Positions 15,380 through 27,865 of a stretch of 64,000 bases of DNA are shown in pieces. The position numbers and the translations under genes were made by a program. Positions within the stretch are counted from its first letter, which is position 1; the number at the start of each line of letters is the position of its first letter. The notes under the pieces are model-generated. The model saw nothing but the letters and a program-made list of their open reading frames with translations, had not been told where the DNA came from and searched no databases. Location: positions 77 to 64,076 of the forward strand of contig JBOHYB010000019.1 in assembly GCA_050737695.1 (NCBI GenBank), read 5' to 3'. The DNA is from Lysobacter sp. (GTDB taxonomy: Bacteria; Pseudomonadota; Gammaproteobacteria; Xanthomonadales; Xanthomonadaceae).

Positions 15380-18202
15380 TCACTCCGGGCAGACCTCGCC
15401 CTGCAGCGGGTTGACCAGGGCGTCGGCGACCAGCTTGGTCTGCTCGGCGACGTGGTCGGCGAAGTGACCGGCGGCCGGCGACGGCGAGCGCGCGCGCCCG
15501 GCGTAGTGCAGGGCCTGCTTGCCCTGCAGGCAGGCGCTCAGGTGGTGGCGGATCTGGTACCACGCACCCTGGTTCTGCGGCTCTTCCTGGCACCAGACCA
15601 CGTCCCTGGCCGCGGAGTAGCGCTTCAGTTCGGCCGCGAGCGCTTCCCGCGGGAACGGGTAGAGCTGTTCGACGCGGACGATCGCGACATCTTCGGCGCC
15701 ACGCTTGCGGGCATCCTCGACCAGGTCGTAATAGACCTTGCCCGAGCAAGCCACCACCCGCTTGACCTTCTTCGGTTCGGCCTCGGCATCCGGGATCAGG
15801 TGCTGGAAAGTGCCGCTGGCCAGTTCGTTGAGGCTGGACACGGCGAGCTTGTGGCGCAGCAACGACTTCGGCGTCATCACTACCAGCGGCGTGCGGGTGG
15901 CCATGCGCATCTGGCGGCGGATCATGTGGTACGCCTGCGCCGGCGTGGTCGGCACGCAGACCATCATGTTGTCGAGCGCGCACAGTTGCAGGAAGCGTTC
16001 GAGGCGCGCGGAACTGTGTTCCGGGCCTTGCCCTTCGTAACCGTGCGGCAGCAGCAGCACGAGGCCGCACAGGCGGCCCCACTTGGCCTCGCCGGACGAC
16101 AGGAACTGGTCGATCACGACCTGCGCGCCGTTGGCGAAGTCGCCGAACTGCGCTTCCCAGATGTCGAGCACCTGCGGGTCGGCGGTCGAGTAGCCGTACT
16201 CGAAGCCCATCACCGCTTCCTCGCTGAGCAGCGAGTCGATGATGGTGACGTCGATCGGGTCCTTCACCAGCTGCCGCAGTGGCAGGTAGTAATCGTCGGT
16301 CGCCTGATCGTGCAGGATCGCGTGGCGATGGAAGAAGGTGCCACGGCCGCTGTCCTGGCCGACCAGGCGCAGCTTGTAGCCTTCGCTCAGCAGGGTCGCG
16401 TAGGCCAGGTTCTCGGCGAAGCCCCAGTCGCCGGCCTGCTCGCCGGCGGCCATCTTGCGGCGGTCGTCGTAGATCTTGCCGACGCGCGCGTGCAGCTTGA
16501 CCTCGTCGGGGATCGCGTTGATCGCGATGGCCAACTGGTCGAGGCTGGCGCGGTCGAAGGTGGTGTCGACCTTGTCAGCCAGCGTGCCCTTGAGGTACTT
16601 CGACCAGTCGATGGTGAACTCGTCGGGCTTGACCTCGACCAGCTCGGTGGTGACCACGCCCTCGTCGAGCTTGTCGCGGTAGGCATCGGCCAGCGCCTGC
16701 GCGTCCTCGTCCTTGATCGCGCCTTCGGCGACCAGTTGCTCGGCGTACAGCGCACGCGGGGTCTTGTGCTTGCGGATCACCTGGTACATCAGCGGCTGGG
16801 TCGCCGCGGGCTCGTCGGCCTCGTTGTGGCCGTGGCGGCGGTAGCAGACCAGGTCGATGACCACGTCGCGGCCGAATTCGTTGCGGAAGTCCAGCGCCAT
16901 CTCGGCGCAGAACGCCACCGCTTCCGGGTTGTCGCCGTTCACGTGCAGGATCGGCGCGCCGACCATCTTGGCCACGTCGGTGCAGTACAGGGTCGAACGC
17001 GCGTCCTGGCGCTCGCTGGTGGTGAAGCCGACCTGGTTGTTGATGACGATGTGCACGGTGCCGCCGACCGCGAAGCCACGGGCCTGCGACATCTGCAGCA
17101 GTTCCATCACCACGCCCTGGCCGGCGAACGCGGCGTCGCCGTGCATCAGGATCGGCAGCACCTGGCCACGGCCGCCTTCGCCGCGACGGTCCTGGCGCGA
17201 GCGCACGCTGCCGGCGACCACCGGGTCGACGATCTCCAGGTGCGACGGGTTGAACGCCAGCGCAAGATGCACCGGGCCGCCCGGCGTGGCGACATCGGCG
17301 GAAAAGCCGAGGTGGTACTTGACGTCGCCGGTGTGGGCGAAGTCGTGCTGGACGTGCTCGAACTTGCCCTCGAACTCGTCGAACAGCTTGCGCGGCGGCT
17401 TGCCGAGGATGTTGACCAGCACGTTGAGGCGGCCGCGATGGGCCATGCCGATCACCACGTCCTTGACGCCCTGTTCGCCGGCGCGGCGGATGGTGGTGTC
17501 GAGCAGCGGGATCAGCGAGTCGCCGCCTTCCAGCGAGAAGCGCTTCTGGCCGACGTACTTGGTGCCGAGGTAGCGCTCCAGGCCGTCGGCCGCGGTCAGG
17601 CGCTCGAGGATGCGCTGCTTGTCTTCGGCGGTGCGGCCGTAGTTGCCGCCGGCTTTTTCCAGCCGCTCGTACACCCAGCGACGCTGTCCGGCATCGGAGA
17701 TGTGCATGAACTCGGCGCCGATCGGGCCGGTGTAGGTGGCCTTGAGCAGGGCGAGCAGGTCGCCGAGCTTCATCCGGTCGTGTCCGCCGACGCCGCCGGT
17801 GCTGAACTCGGCGGCGAGGTCGTTGCCGGACAGGCCGTGGAACCCGAGGTCGAGGTCGGGAGCCGGCGGGCTTTCGAGCAGGCCGAGCGGATCCAGGTCG
17901 GCACCCAGGTGGCCGCGCGAGCGGTAGGCGGTGATCAGCTTGCCGACCCCGCGCTCGCGCTCGTCGCCGGTGGTAGCGGCCATGGCCGAGCCGGCGCGCT
18001 TGCGGGCGTCGGCAATGCTGTCGATCACGGCCGAGTGCGGGATGTCGCCGGCTTCGCGGCCCTTGAAGCCGTCGAAGTAGGTTTTCCATTTGGGCCCGAC
18101 GCTGTCGGGGGCAACCAGGTACTGCTCGTACAAGTCTTCGATGTAGGCGGCGTTGGCGCCGAGCTGCGAGGACTGGGAGAACTGCTTCAGGAGACTGTCC
18201 AC
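15380..18202 (-). CDS. sucA: 2-oxoglutarate dehydrogenase E1
   Basis: Start reassigned to GTG 18202 (VDSLLKQF); [17 protein letters not shown] ThDP motif, [16 protein letters not shown]. Confidence 0.97.
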   Translation of the reverse strand: MDSLLKQFSQSSQLGANAAYIEDLYEQYLVAPDSVGPKWKTYFDGFKGREAGDIPHSAVIDSIADARKRAGSAMAATTGDERERGVGKLITAYRSRGHLGADLDPLGLLESPPAPDLDLGFHGLSGNDLAAEFSTGGVGGHDRMKLGDLLALLKATYTGPIGAEFMHISDAGQRRWVYERLEKAGGNYGRTAEDKQRILERLTAADGLERYLGTKYVGQKRFSLEGGDSLIPLLDTTIRRAGEQGVKDVVIGMAHRGRLNVLVNILGKPPRKLFDEFEGKFEHVQHDFAHTGDVKYHLGFSADVATPGGPVHLALAFNPSHLEIVDPVVAGSVRSRQDRRGEGGRGQVLPILMHGDAAFAGQGVVMELLQMSQARGFAVGGTVHIVINNQVGFTTSERQDARSTLYCTDVAKMVGAPILHVNGDNPEAVAFCAEMALDFRNEFGRDVVIDLVCYRRHGHNEADEPAATQPLMYQVIRKHKTPRALYAEQLVAEGAIKDEDAQALADAYRDKLDEGVVTTELVEVKPDEFTIDWSKYLKGTLADKVDTTFDRASLDQLAIAINAIPDEVKLHARVGKIYDDRRKMAAGEQAGDWGFAENLAYATLLSEGYKLRLVGQDSGRGTFFHRHAILHDQATDDYYLPLRQLVKDPIDVTIIDSLLSEEAVMGFEYGYSTADPQVLDIWEAQFGDFANGAQVVIDQFLSSGEAKWGRLCGLVLLLPHGYEGQGPEHSSARLERFLQLCALDNMMVCVPTTPAQAYHMIRRQMRMATRTPLVVMTPKSLLRHKLAVSSLNELASGTFQHLIPDAEAEPKKVKRVVACSGKVYYDLVEDARKRGAEDVAIVRVEQLYPFPREALAAELKRYSAARDVVWCQEEPQNQGAWYQIRHHLSACLQGKQALHYAGRARSPSPAAGHFADHVAEQTKLVADALVNPLQGEVCPE

Positions 18203-18284
18203 AATGGTCAACGTGCACTCAAATGGGAGGGCGGGGCACCCCAACTGAGCCGACTGGCGGCTATTCAGGCGCTCAAGAAACCGA

Positions 18285-18290
18285 ATTATA
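18285..18290 (-). promoter_or_regulatory. Consensus -10 (TATAAT) upstream of sucA
   Basis: Perfect TATAAT on the minus strand about 80 nt upstream of the start; no clear -35. Confidence 0.5.
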
Positions 18291-18413
18291 GCCCCCTCGC
18301 ATGGCCCACCGGCCAGCAAATCCGGGGGAAAAACGCTGTGTCGCGCAAATATCGATCAAACCGGGTTCGTTGCAGTTCAGATCCCGGTCCGAATTCCGCT
18401 CCGGCGCGCCCGG

Positions 18414-19316
18414 CTACAACTCCAATGCGCGGTACTCGGTGCAACTGCGGGCGCGCTCCCAGACCGGGTCGAAGCTGGCCCGCAACTGGCGTGCCCGGCC
18501 GCTGCCGTCGAGCCGGGTTTCGCCGTCGAAACGGTGGCCGAGCGGGCGGAAGTAATAGGCGCCGAGGTCATTGACCACGTAGGCAGAGGGATAGGAGCGG
18601 TCGGCCGGTTCTTCGATCGCGCGAAACGCGAACGCGCTCGGCAGGCGCTGGGCCAGGCCGATCAGAGGGGCCAGTGCGCGCTGTGGTTCGGCCGGGTCCT
18701 GCAACAGCACGCGGACCTCGCCGCCGGCGACGGCGAGGCGGCGCAGGGTCGCGACGACTTCCGGGGCGTCGAGCAGGCCGGGGTCGAGCTCGCGGCTGTA
18801 GATCTGCAACTGGTGGCGGGTGCCGGCGGCGATCCCGAGCACCGCCGCGATCGCGGCCTCGCGGGTTTCGACCGGATTGACCGCGCCGGACAGCAGGCGC
18901 ATCGACTGGTGGTCGATGCCGGCCTCCTCGAAACGTTCGCCGATCGGCAGGAATCCATGGCGGGCGTAGAACTCGATCGCCGAGGCTTGGGCATGCAGGG
19001 ACACCTCATGCCAGCCCAGTTCGCGCGCCTGGGTCAGCAGTGCCAGGAGCATCGCGTCGCCGACGCCTCGGCCGCGCCAGTCGGGCAGCACCGCCATCCG
19101 GCCGATCGTGTGTTTCGGGGTCAGGCGCCCGGTGCCGATCGCTGCGCCGCGCCCATCGCGAGCGACGACGTGGTGGCACAGCGGGTCCAACTCGCCCCAT
19201 TCCAGCGCCAGCGGTACGCCCTGTTCCTGCACGAACACGCTCTCGCGCACGCGTCGCAGGTCGGCCAGGCCGGTCTCGTAGCCAATGCCTTCGATGGTGA
19301 AGGCGGACGCGCTCAT
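18414..19316 (-). CDS. ElaA-like GNAT acetyltransferase fused to an uncharacterised C-terminal domain
   Basis: Start MSASAFTI (19316, ATGA overlap with roxA); VRESVFVQEQGV, IGRMAV..WRGRGVG acetyl-CoA motif, LHAQ..FY; extra domain of about 150 aa. Confidence 0.85.
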   Translation of the reverse strand: MSASAFTIEGIGYETGLADLRRVRESVFVQEQGVPLALEWGELDPLCHHVVARDGRGAAIGTGRLTPKHTIGRMAVLPDWRGRGVGDAMLLALLTQARELGWHEVSLHAQASAIEFYARHGFLPIGERFEEAGIDHQSMRLLSGAVNPVETREAAIAAVLGIAAGTRHQLQIYSRELDPGLLDAPEVVATLRRLAVAGGEVRVLLQDPAEPQRALAPLIGLAQRLPSAFAFRAIEEPADRSYPSAYVVNDLGAYYFRPLGHRFDGETRLDGSGRARQLRASFDPVWERARSCTEYRALEL

Positions 19317-20557
19317 TCTTCTACTCCGTCTCCGGTGTCGAGACGGTAGTGTCCGGCCTGCAGCAGCTCGAACACCTCGTCGCGGCCGGCGTCCGACAAC
19401 GCGGCGTAGCTTGCGCCGTCGAGCACCGCGACATTGGCGAGGCGCCTGGCATCGCGCACCGGCAACGCGTGTTCCTGGCCATTGACGTACAGCCGTGCGC
19501 CGCGGCCGGCCTTGCGCCAGGCCATCCGCGAATACGGATGGCGCCAGAGGCTCGCGCCATGTTGCAGGTCCCACTCGATCTCGATCCGCGAACGCGGGGC
19601 CTCACCCGGCGCCGTGGCCGCGGGCATCACTTGACCGGCACTGCGGTAGACGGTGATGAAGCGGCCGAACCAGTCGCCGAGACGCTCCGGGTCGTTCATC
19701 CGCAGCAGGTTCAGCGCCTCGACCACGCGGGCCATCGAGTTGGCGTCGATCTCGGCGGGGTCGGCCGGCGGCTCCAGGTCGGGGTCGTGGTAGCGCAGCG
19801 CATCGTCGGCCTCGGCGGCGAGGGTGTCGACGAAATCGCCGAGTAGTTCGGCGGCCGATGGCGCGCGCATGCCGACCGAGTAGGTCAGGCAGGCGTCCGC
19901 GGCGACGCCGTGGTGCGGCACGCCGGGTGGCAGGTAGAGCATGTCGCCGGGACCCAGTACCCACTCGTGGCTCGGGCTGAAGCGTTGCAGCAGCCTCAGG
20001 TCGACGTCGTTGCGGAATTCCAGCGGGGGATCTTTCGAGTCGTCGATCTGCCAGCGCCGGTGGCCCTGTGCCTGCAGCAGGAACACGTCGTACTGGTCCA
20101 CGTGCGCGCCGACCGAGCCGCCGGGCGCGGCGAACGACACCATGATGTCGTCGATCCGCCAGCGCGGCAGGAAGTCGAAGGCGTCGATCAGCGCGGCGAC
20201 GTCGGCGTCCCATTTGTCGACGTCCTGCACCAGCAGGGTCCAGTCGTGGTCGGGCATGCCCGGGAACATCTCTTCCGGGAACGGGCCGTGGCGCAGCAGC
20301 CAGCGATCGTGTTCGCGCTCGTGGGCGACGATGCGCGACAGCGCGCTGTCCTCGCAGGCGAGGCCGGCGAGGTCCTCGGGCGAGATCGGCGGGACGAAAT
20401 CCGGCGCCGCGAAAGCGGGGAACGCATTGCGGATCAGCAGCGGACGCTTCTGCCAGTAGTCGCGCAGGAAATCCGCCGGCGGCATGCCAAGCGGCGGCAG
20501 GCCGCCGGCATCGATCTCGATCGGCGGAGCGATGGGTTTCTTGCGCGGTCGGCTCAT
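19313..20557 (-). CDS. roxA: JmjC/cupin ribosomal oxygenase (YcfD/RoxA)
   Basis: YWQKRPLLIR, WRIDDIMVS, GAHVDQYDVF (HxD), PPGVPHHG; downstream of purB as in E. coli and Pseudomonas. Confidence 0.85.
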   Translation of the reverse strand: MSRPRKKPIAPPIEIDAGGLPPLGMPPADFLRDYWQKRPLLIRNAFPAFAAPDFVPPISPEDLAGLACEDSALSRIVAHEREHDRWLLRHGPFPEEMFPGMPDHDWTLLVQDVDKWDADVAALIDAFDFLPRWRIDDIMVSFAAPGGSVGAHVDQYDVFLLQAQGHRRWQIDDSKDPPLEFRNDVDLRLLQRFSPSHEWVLGPGDMLYLPPGVPHHGVAADACLTYSVGMRAPSAAELLGDFVDTLAAEADDALRYHDPDLEPPADPAEIDANSMARVVEALNLLRMNDPERLGDWFGRFITVYRSAGQVMPAATAPGEAPRSRIEIEWDLQHGASLWRHPYSRMAWRKAGRGARLYVNGQEHALPVRDARRLANVAVLDGASYAALSDAGRDEVFELLQAGHYRLDTGDGVEE

Positions 20558-20572
20558 GGCGTCATCGCTCGC

Positions 20573-23532
<2,960 letters not shown>

Positions 23533-23542
23533 CCGCGGAGAA

Positions 23543-24313
23543 TCAGTCTTCCCCGGGCAGGTCGTGCGTACCGGCCACGCGATGGTGGTCGACGTCGCCG
23601 CTGCCGACGCTGCGCACGCGCAGATCGCCGCTGACGGTATCGACGTCCAGGCTGCCCGAGCCGATCGTGCCGACCTCGACGCTGCCTTCCACCCGGGCCA
23701 GGTCGATGTCGCCGGAGCCGATGCTGCCGACCCTGACGTCGCCGGCCACGTCGCGGGCATCCAGGTCGCCGGAGCCCACCGAGCCGACTTCGAGCGGCCC
23801 GATGTCGGCCAACTCGGCGCCACCCGACCCGACCACCACGCTCACCGGTCCGGGAACGCCGCGCACATCGGCATCGCCGGAACCGACCACCAGATCGAGG
23901 CTGGCCACGCCGTCGATGTTGGCATCGCCCGAGCCGGCATCGACCTGTACCGCAACGTCATCGGGCAGGGTGGCCGCCAGGTGCATGTAGTTGTAGTTGT
24001 CGCCGAAGAGGTTGAAGTCCCAACCGTCCTTGTCGCGTTCCATCGACACCACCAGCCGGTCGCCGCGGCGCTCGTGCCGGACCTCCAACTGCTCCAGCTT
24101 CTTCACGCTGGATGCACAGGCCTTGCCCTGCATATCCGCCGATGCACCGGCCGTGGCCTTGACGTCGAGGTCGAAGCCGCCAACCTCGAACACGACCGTC
24201 TCGATGCCAGTCAGGTCGGGGCTCAATTCGAACGACCGGGTGTACTCGCACTTCTGTTGGGCGAACGCCGCCAGCGGCAGCATCAGCACGCAGCCAAACA
24301 GGAACTTGCGCAT
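23543..24313 (-). CDS. Exported beta-solenoid protein (DUF4097/DUF2807-like)
   Basis: Start MRKFLFG with signal peptide (AAFA|QQ); repeated GSGD units spaced about 19-20 aa apart. Confidence 0.7.
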   Translation of the reverse strand: MRKFLFGCVLMLPLAAFAQQKCEYTRSFELSPDLTGIETVVFEVGGFDLDVKATAGASADMQGKACASSVKKLEQLEVRHERRGDRLVVSMERDKDGWDFNLFGDNYNYMHLAATLPDDVAVQVDAGSGDANIDGVASLDLVVGSGDADVRGVPGPVSVVVGSGGAELADIGPLEVGSVGSGDLDARDVAGDVRVGSIGSGDIDLARVEGSVEVGTIGSGSLDVDTVSGDLRVRSVGSGDVDHHRVAGTHDLPGED

Positions 24314-24359
24314 GTTCTCTCCTTCGGAATCAAACCGGGCCGTGAGGCCCGGGTGGTCT

Positions 24360-24974
24360 TCATTGCCTGGAGTAGTGGCCGTCGCCGTCGCGGCAGTCAT
24401 CGATGTCGGACTGGGTGATGTCGGCGTAGGGAGCGAACTCCGGTAGCGACGCGGCGAGCTGTTGCTGGGTCTGCATCATCGCGGGCATCCGGCCGCACAG
24501 CTCGGTCACGGCTCGCTGCGCGATCTTTTCCGCCTTGGCCTCGATCTCGGCCTCCATCTTTTCGGTATCTCCGGAGAGCACGCTGGCGAACGCCTGGCCG
24601 ATCGCATCGGTGGCCAGGCTCGCGCCCTGCATGCCGATGGCGGCGCCGGTCTCGGCCATGTAGGCGATCTGGCCGCGGTACTCCAGCACCAATGCGCGCT
24701 GCTCGGCGGTGATGTCGACCTTGCGGCCGTCGATCAGCAGGTCGCCCTGGGGAGTGATCTCGGCGGGAGTTTCGTCGTTGTCGGCGATGTCGATGTTCTC
24801 GGTGGCCATCGCCTCGCGTACTTCGAGGGATACGCCCTCCATCTCCTTGCGGATCTCGGCGTTGACTTCGGCGAGCAGGCCGGGCTCGGGTTGCGCCGGC
24901 TCATCCTTGCCACAGGCGCTCAACCAGGGGATGTATGCGAGGAGGAGCAGGGTCGGAAGAAATTTGCTGTTCAT
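24360..24974 (-). CDS. Lipoprotein, DUF2884/YggN-like
   Basis: Lipobox WLSA-C; AEITPQGDLLIDGRKV..T.EQRAL..YR core recalled from DUF2884. Confidence 0.7.
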   Translation of the reverse strand: MNSKFLPTLLLLAYIPWLSACGKDEPAQPEPGLLAEVNAEIRKEMEGVSLEVREAMATENIDIADNDETPAEITPQGDLLIDGRKVDITAEQRALVLEYRGQIAYMAETGAAIGMQGASLATDAIGQAFASVLSGDTEKMEAEIEAKAEKIAQRAVTELCGRMPAMMQTQQQLAASLPEFAPYADITQSDIDDCRDGDGHYSRQ

Positions 24975-24985
24975 GACAGGTCTCC

Positions 24986-26032
24986 TCAACCTTCATCGCG
25001 CCAGCGGCGCAGGCGGATCGCGCCGGTGATCATCGCGGCGCCGGCCACCACGCCGACCCACAGGCTGGGGCTCAGCACCGCCGACCAGGAGGCCTTCAGG
25101 CCAAGCAGGCTTGCCAGTTGGCCGGCCCCCTGAAAATCGGTGCCTTCCAGGTGCGCCACGTCGACCCAGGTGCCGGGCACGACGCTGAACAGCATGCGGG
25201 CGACGATGTTCTTCCAGAACCAGCTCGATTCCAGGTCGAACACCTGCATCAGGTCGAACCAGCTGACGAAGATGCCGGCGAACAGCGGGATCATGATCGC
25301 CCACAGGAACGGCTTGCTGCGCGCCCAGGCCGAGCACAGCAGCAGCCAGCCGACCGTCGGCAAGGCCCACAGCGCATACACCGGGATCGATGCCACCAAC
25401 TGCAGTGCGACCGAGAGCGGGCTGCCCGGCCCCCAGATCAGGGTCATCGGGCTGCCGTTGTGCAGCAGGGCGACCACGCTGATCAGCAGCAGGAAGGCGA
25501 ACATCGTCACCAGCGCCGCGCCGACGGCGAGCGCCGGGGCCACCAGGGTCGCACTGGCGACCTTGGACAGGACCGTGTCGCGGTCCGACAGCGGCAGCGA
25601 CTTCCAGAACAGCACGCTGCGGTCCTTGCGCTCGTCGTACAGCGCGCCGAGGCAGTAGAAGAACACGACGAAGGCCAGCACGATGAAGGGCCAACTGGCG
25701 GCCATCAACATGCTCAGGTCCATCGCCCCCGCAAGCTCGGCCAGCTCGCTGGGGCCGAGCTTGTCGCTGAGGTAGCCCAGGTCCAGGCCGTTGATCATGA
25801 CCCGGCCGTCGAACTCGCCGTCGGCAAGCGCGCGCCGGGCGGCGACCTCGCCGACGATGAGTGCCATGAGCGTCAGCAGCAGCGATACGCCGCCGGCGAT
25901 CAGCGGGGCCCAGAAGAAGCCGCCCTTGTGCTCCCAGAACTCGCGCTTGAGCAGCAGCTTGAACTTGTGGGTCGGGTGCGCCGGCGCGATCGAGCGCGGT
26001 GCGGCGGGCAGGGTGGTGTCAAGGGCGTTCAT
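24986..26032 (-). CDS. ABC-2 type permease
   Basis: LLKREFWEH, ALYDERKDRSVLFWKSLP (EAA-like loop), multiple TM helices; overlaps the ATPase stop. Confidence 0.85.
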   Translation of the reverse strand: MNALDTTLPAAPRSIAPAHPTHKFKLLLKREFWEHKGGFFWAPLIAGGVSLLLTLMALIVGEVAARRALADGEFDGRVMINGLDLGYLSDKLGPSELAELAGAMDLSMLMAASWPFIVLAFVVFFYCLGALYDERKDRSVLFWKSLPLSDRDTVLSKVASATLVAPALAVGAALVTMFAFLLLISVVALLHNGSPMTLIWGPGSPLSVALQLVASIPVYALWALPTVGWLLLCSAWARSKPFLWAIMIPLFAGIFVSWFDLMQVFDLESSWFWKNIVARMLFSVVPGTWVDVAHLEGTDFQGAGQLASLLGLKASWSAVLSPSLWVGVVAGAAMITGAIRLRRWRDEG

Positions 26033-26946
26033 GCGTAGGTCCCTTTCATGGTGGCGACAAACAGGTCGGCCAGGCCCGGGGTGCGGGTCTCGCCGAAACC
26101 GGCCAGTTGCTCGCGCGGCACGCCGTCGAACAGCATCACGGTCTTGCCGAATGGCAGGGCGCGTTCGTCCAGCGGCTTCAGGGCGCGGGCGGCCTCGGCC
26201 TGGTCGGCATTGACCAGCACTTCGGTGAAGCGCGCGCCGACCGCGTCCATCTCGCCGTTGAGGACGACCTTGCCGTCGCGGATGAACATCACGTCGGTGA
26301 GGATGTGCTCGACCTCCTCGACCTGGTGGGTGGTGATCAGGATGGTCTTGTCCTCGTCGAAGTAGTCCTCCAACAGGCGCTGGTAGAACTGCTTGCGATA
26401 GAGGATGTCGAGGCCGAGGGTCGGCTCATCGAGCACCAGCAGGCGGGCGTCGATCGCCATCACCAGGGCCAGGTGCAGCTGCACGATCATGCCCTTGGAC
26501 AGCTCGCGCACGCGCATCTTCGGCTTGAGCTGGGTGCCTTGGAGGAAGCGCTCGCAGCGTTCGCGGTCGAAACGCGGGTGCACGCCGGCGACGAACTCGA
26601 TCGCCTCCGATACCCGGATCCAGCGCGGCAGCACCGCGACGTCGGCGATGAAGCAGACATCGCGCATCAGCTCGTCGCGGTCGGTGCGCGGGTCACGGCC
26701 GAGCACGCTCATGTGGCCTTCGAACGGGATCAGCCCGAGCATCGCCTTCAGTGCGGTGGTCTTGCCGGCGCCGTTGGGGCCGATCAGGCCGACGATGCGG
26801 CCGGCCGGGATCTCGAACGCGGTGTCGTCGAGCGCGACCTTGTTCTTGTAGGCCTTGCGCAGGTGGCTGGCGCTGACCACGCTGCCGCTGGTCGCGGCGG
26901 TGTCGAGGTTGGTGTCACGGTCGGCGGTGAGGGTCGCGGCGTTCAT
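26029..26946 (-). CDS. ABC transporter ATP-binding protein (YtrB-like)
   Basis: Start MNAATL (26946); Walker A GPNGAGKT, signature LSKGM, Walker B LVLDEPT, TTH switch. Confidence 0.93.
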   Translation of the reverse strand: MNAATLTADRDTNLDTAATSGSVVSASHLRKAYKNKVALDDTAFEIPAGRIVGLIGPNGAGKTTALKAMLGLIPFEGHMSVLGRDPRTDRDELMRDVCFIADVAVLPRWIRVSEAIEFVAGVHPRFDRERCERFLQGTQLKPKMRVRELSKGMIVQLHLALVMAIDARLLVLDEPTLGLDILYRKQFYQRLLEDYFDEDKTILITTHQVEEVEHILTDVMFIRDGKVVLNGEMDAVGARFTEVLVNADQAEAARALKPLDERALPFGKTVMLFDGVPREQLAGFGETRTPGLADLFVATMKGTYA

Positions 26947-27317
26947 CGTGCACCCGCCTGGGCCGGGGCGGCGGCCAGCAGTTCCTCGGTGCTCAGGCCC
27001 AGGCGCAGGATGCGTTCCAGCACCAGCGGCCATTCCTCGGTGAGGAAACGTTCGCGTTCGCTGACCAGCAGTTTCTTTGCGGCTTCTTCGGTCACGTACA
27101 TGCCAAGCCCTCTGCGTTTTTCGACGAGCGCCTCGTCCGCCAACTCCTGGTAGGCGCGCGAGACGGTGATTGGATTGAGCTGGTACTCGGCGGCGACCTG
27201 CCGGACCGAGGGCAGGGCATCACCCGGCTTGAGCACGCCGTCGAGCATCATGGCGACGACGCGTTCCTTCAGCTGGCGGTAGATGGGAGCGCCGTCGCTC
27301 CATTGAATAGCGGACAT
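26943..27317 (-). CDS. GntR-family regulator, YtrA subfamily
   Basis: 124 aa; PIYRQL, GDALPSVR.VA..Y.LNPITV.RAY, RRGLG; short C-terminal helix; directly upstream of ABC genes. Confidence 0.92.
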   Translation of the reverse strand: MSAIQWSDGAPIYRQLKERVVAMMLDGVLKPGDALPSVRQVAAEYQLNPITVSRAYQELADEALVEKRRGLGMYVTEEAAKKLLVSERERFLTEEWPLVLERILRLGLSTEELLAAAPAQAGAR

Positions 27318-27320
27318 GGG

Positions 27321-27620
27321 TCAACCCCGCGGCAAGAATGAGAAGTACGGCATGACGAGGGTCTGCCGGCGGTTGTGCGTACTCGTCCCTGTGGAGCGCG
27401 GTATTTCGGTGGAGCCGGTTTCGATGGTCTGGGCCGCTGCGGTTCCGATGGCGTCGACCAGTGCCTGGGCGGTGCTCAGTTCGGTCGCGATCGGTGTCGC
27501 GCCGGTGAAGGCGGGTGCGGCGTTCGGGCCCGACATCGGGGCCGCGGCGATCAGGCTCACTACCAGCAAGGCGCCGCTGGCCGTGAGGGCGGAAAGCGTG
27601 TTGTGGAGCTTGCGGTTCAT
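27321..27620 (-). CDS. Small exported protein (99 aa) of unknown function
   Basis: Start MNRKLH after AGGA; signal-like N-terminus, Ala/Thr-rich body, C-terminal RRQTLVMPYFSF; stop 3 nt before the GntR start. Confidence 0.75.
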   Translation of the reverse strand: MNRKLHNTLSALTASGALLVVSLIAAAPMSGPNAAPAFTGATPIATELSTAQALVDAIGTAAAQTIETGSTEIPRSTGTSTHNRRQTLVMPYFSFLPRG

Positions 27621-27646
27621 CTGAACGTCCTGCTCGTTGGTAGGCC

Positions 27647-27687
27647 GGTGTTGTATGTAACTATAACACCAAAACACATGCGGTCAA
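27647..27687 (-). promoter_or_regulatory. Sigma70 promoter (TTGACC-16-TATAGT) overlapped by a 24-bp YtrA-type operator
   Basis: -35 at 27682-27687, -10 at 27660-27665; imperfect palindrome GGTGTT-N12-AACACC at 27647-27670. Confidence 0.7.
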
Positions 27688-27865
27688 GTCCCTCGAACCC
27701 AACTAAAGACCTATGCGCGAGTGGCCCCGGATCGCGCCCGCGACCCCGGATTCCGCGGGTTGCCGCCCCCGGAGGTGACTGGGCTGGGAGATTGCCGGCA
27801 TCGCCCGGGGCCGCGACAATGGCGGCTTCGCGCCATGACTGGCGACCCGACAGGAGCGGTTCCGG

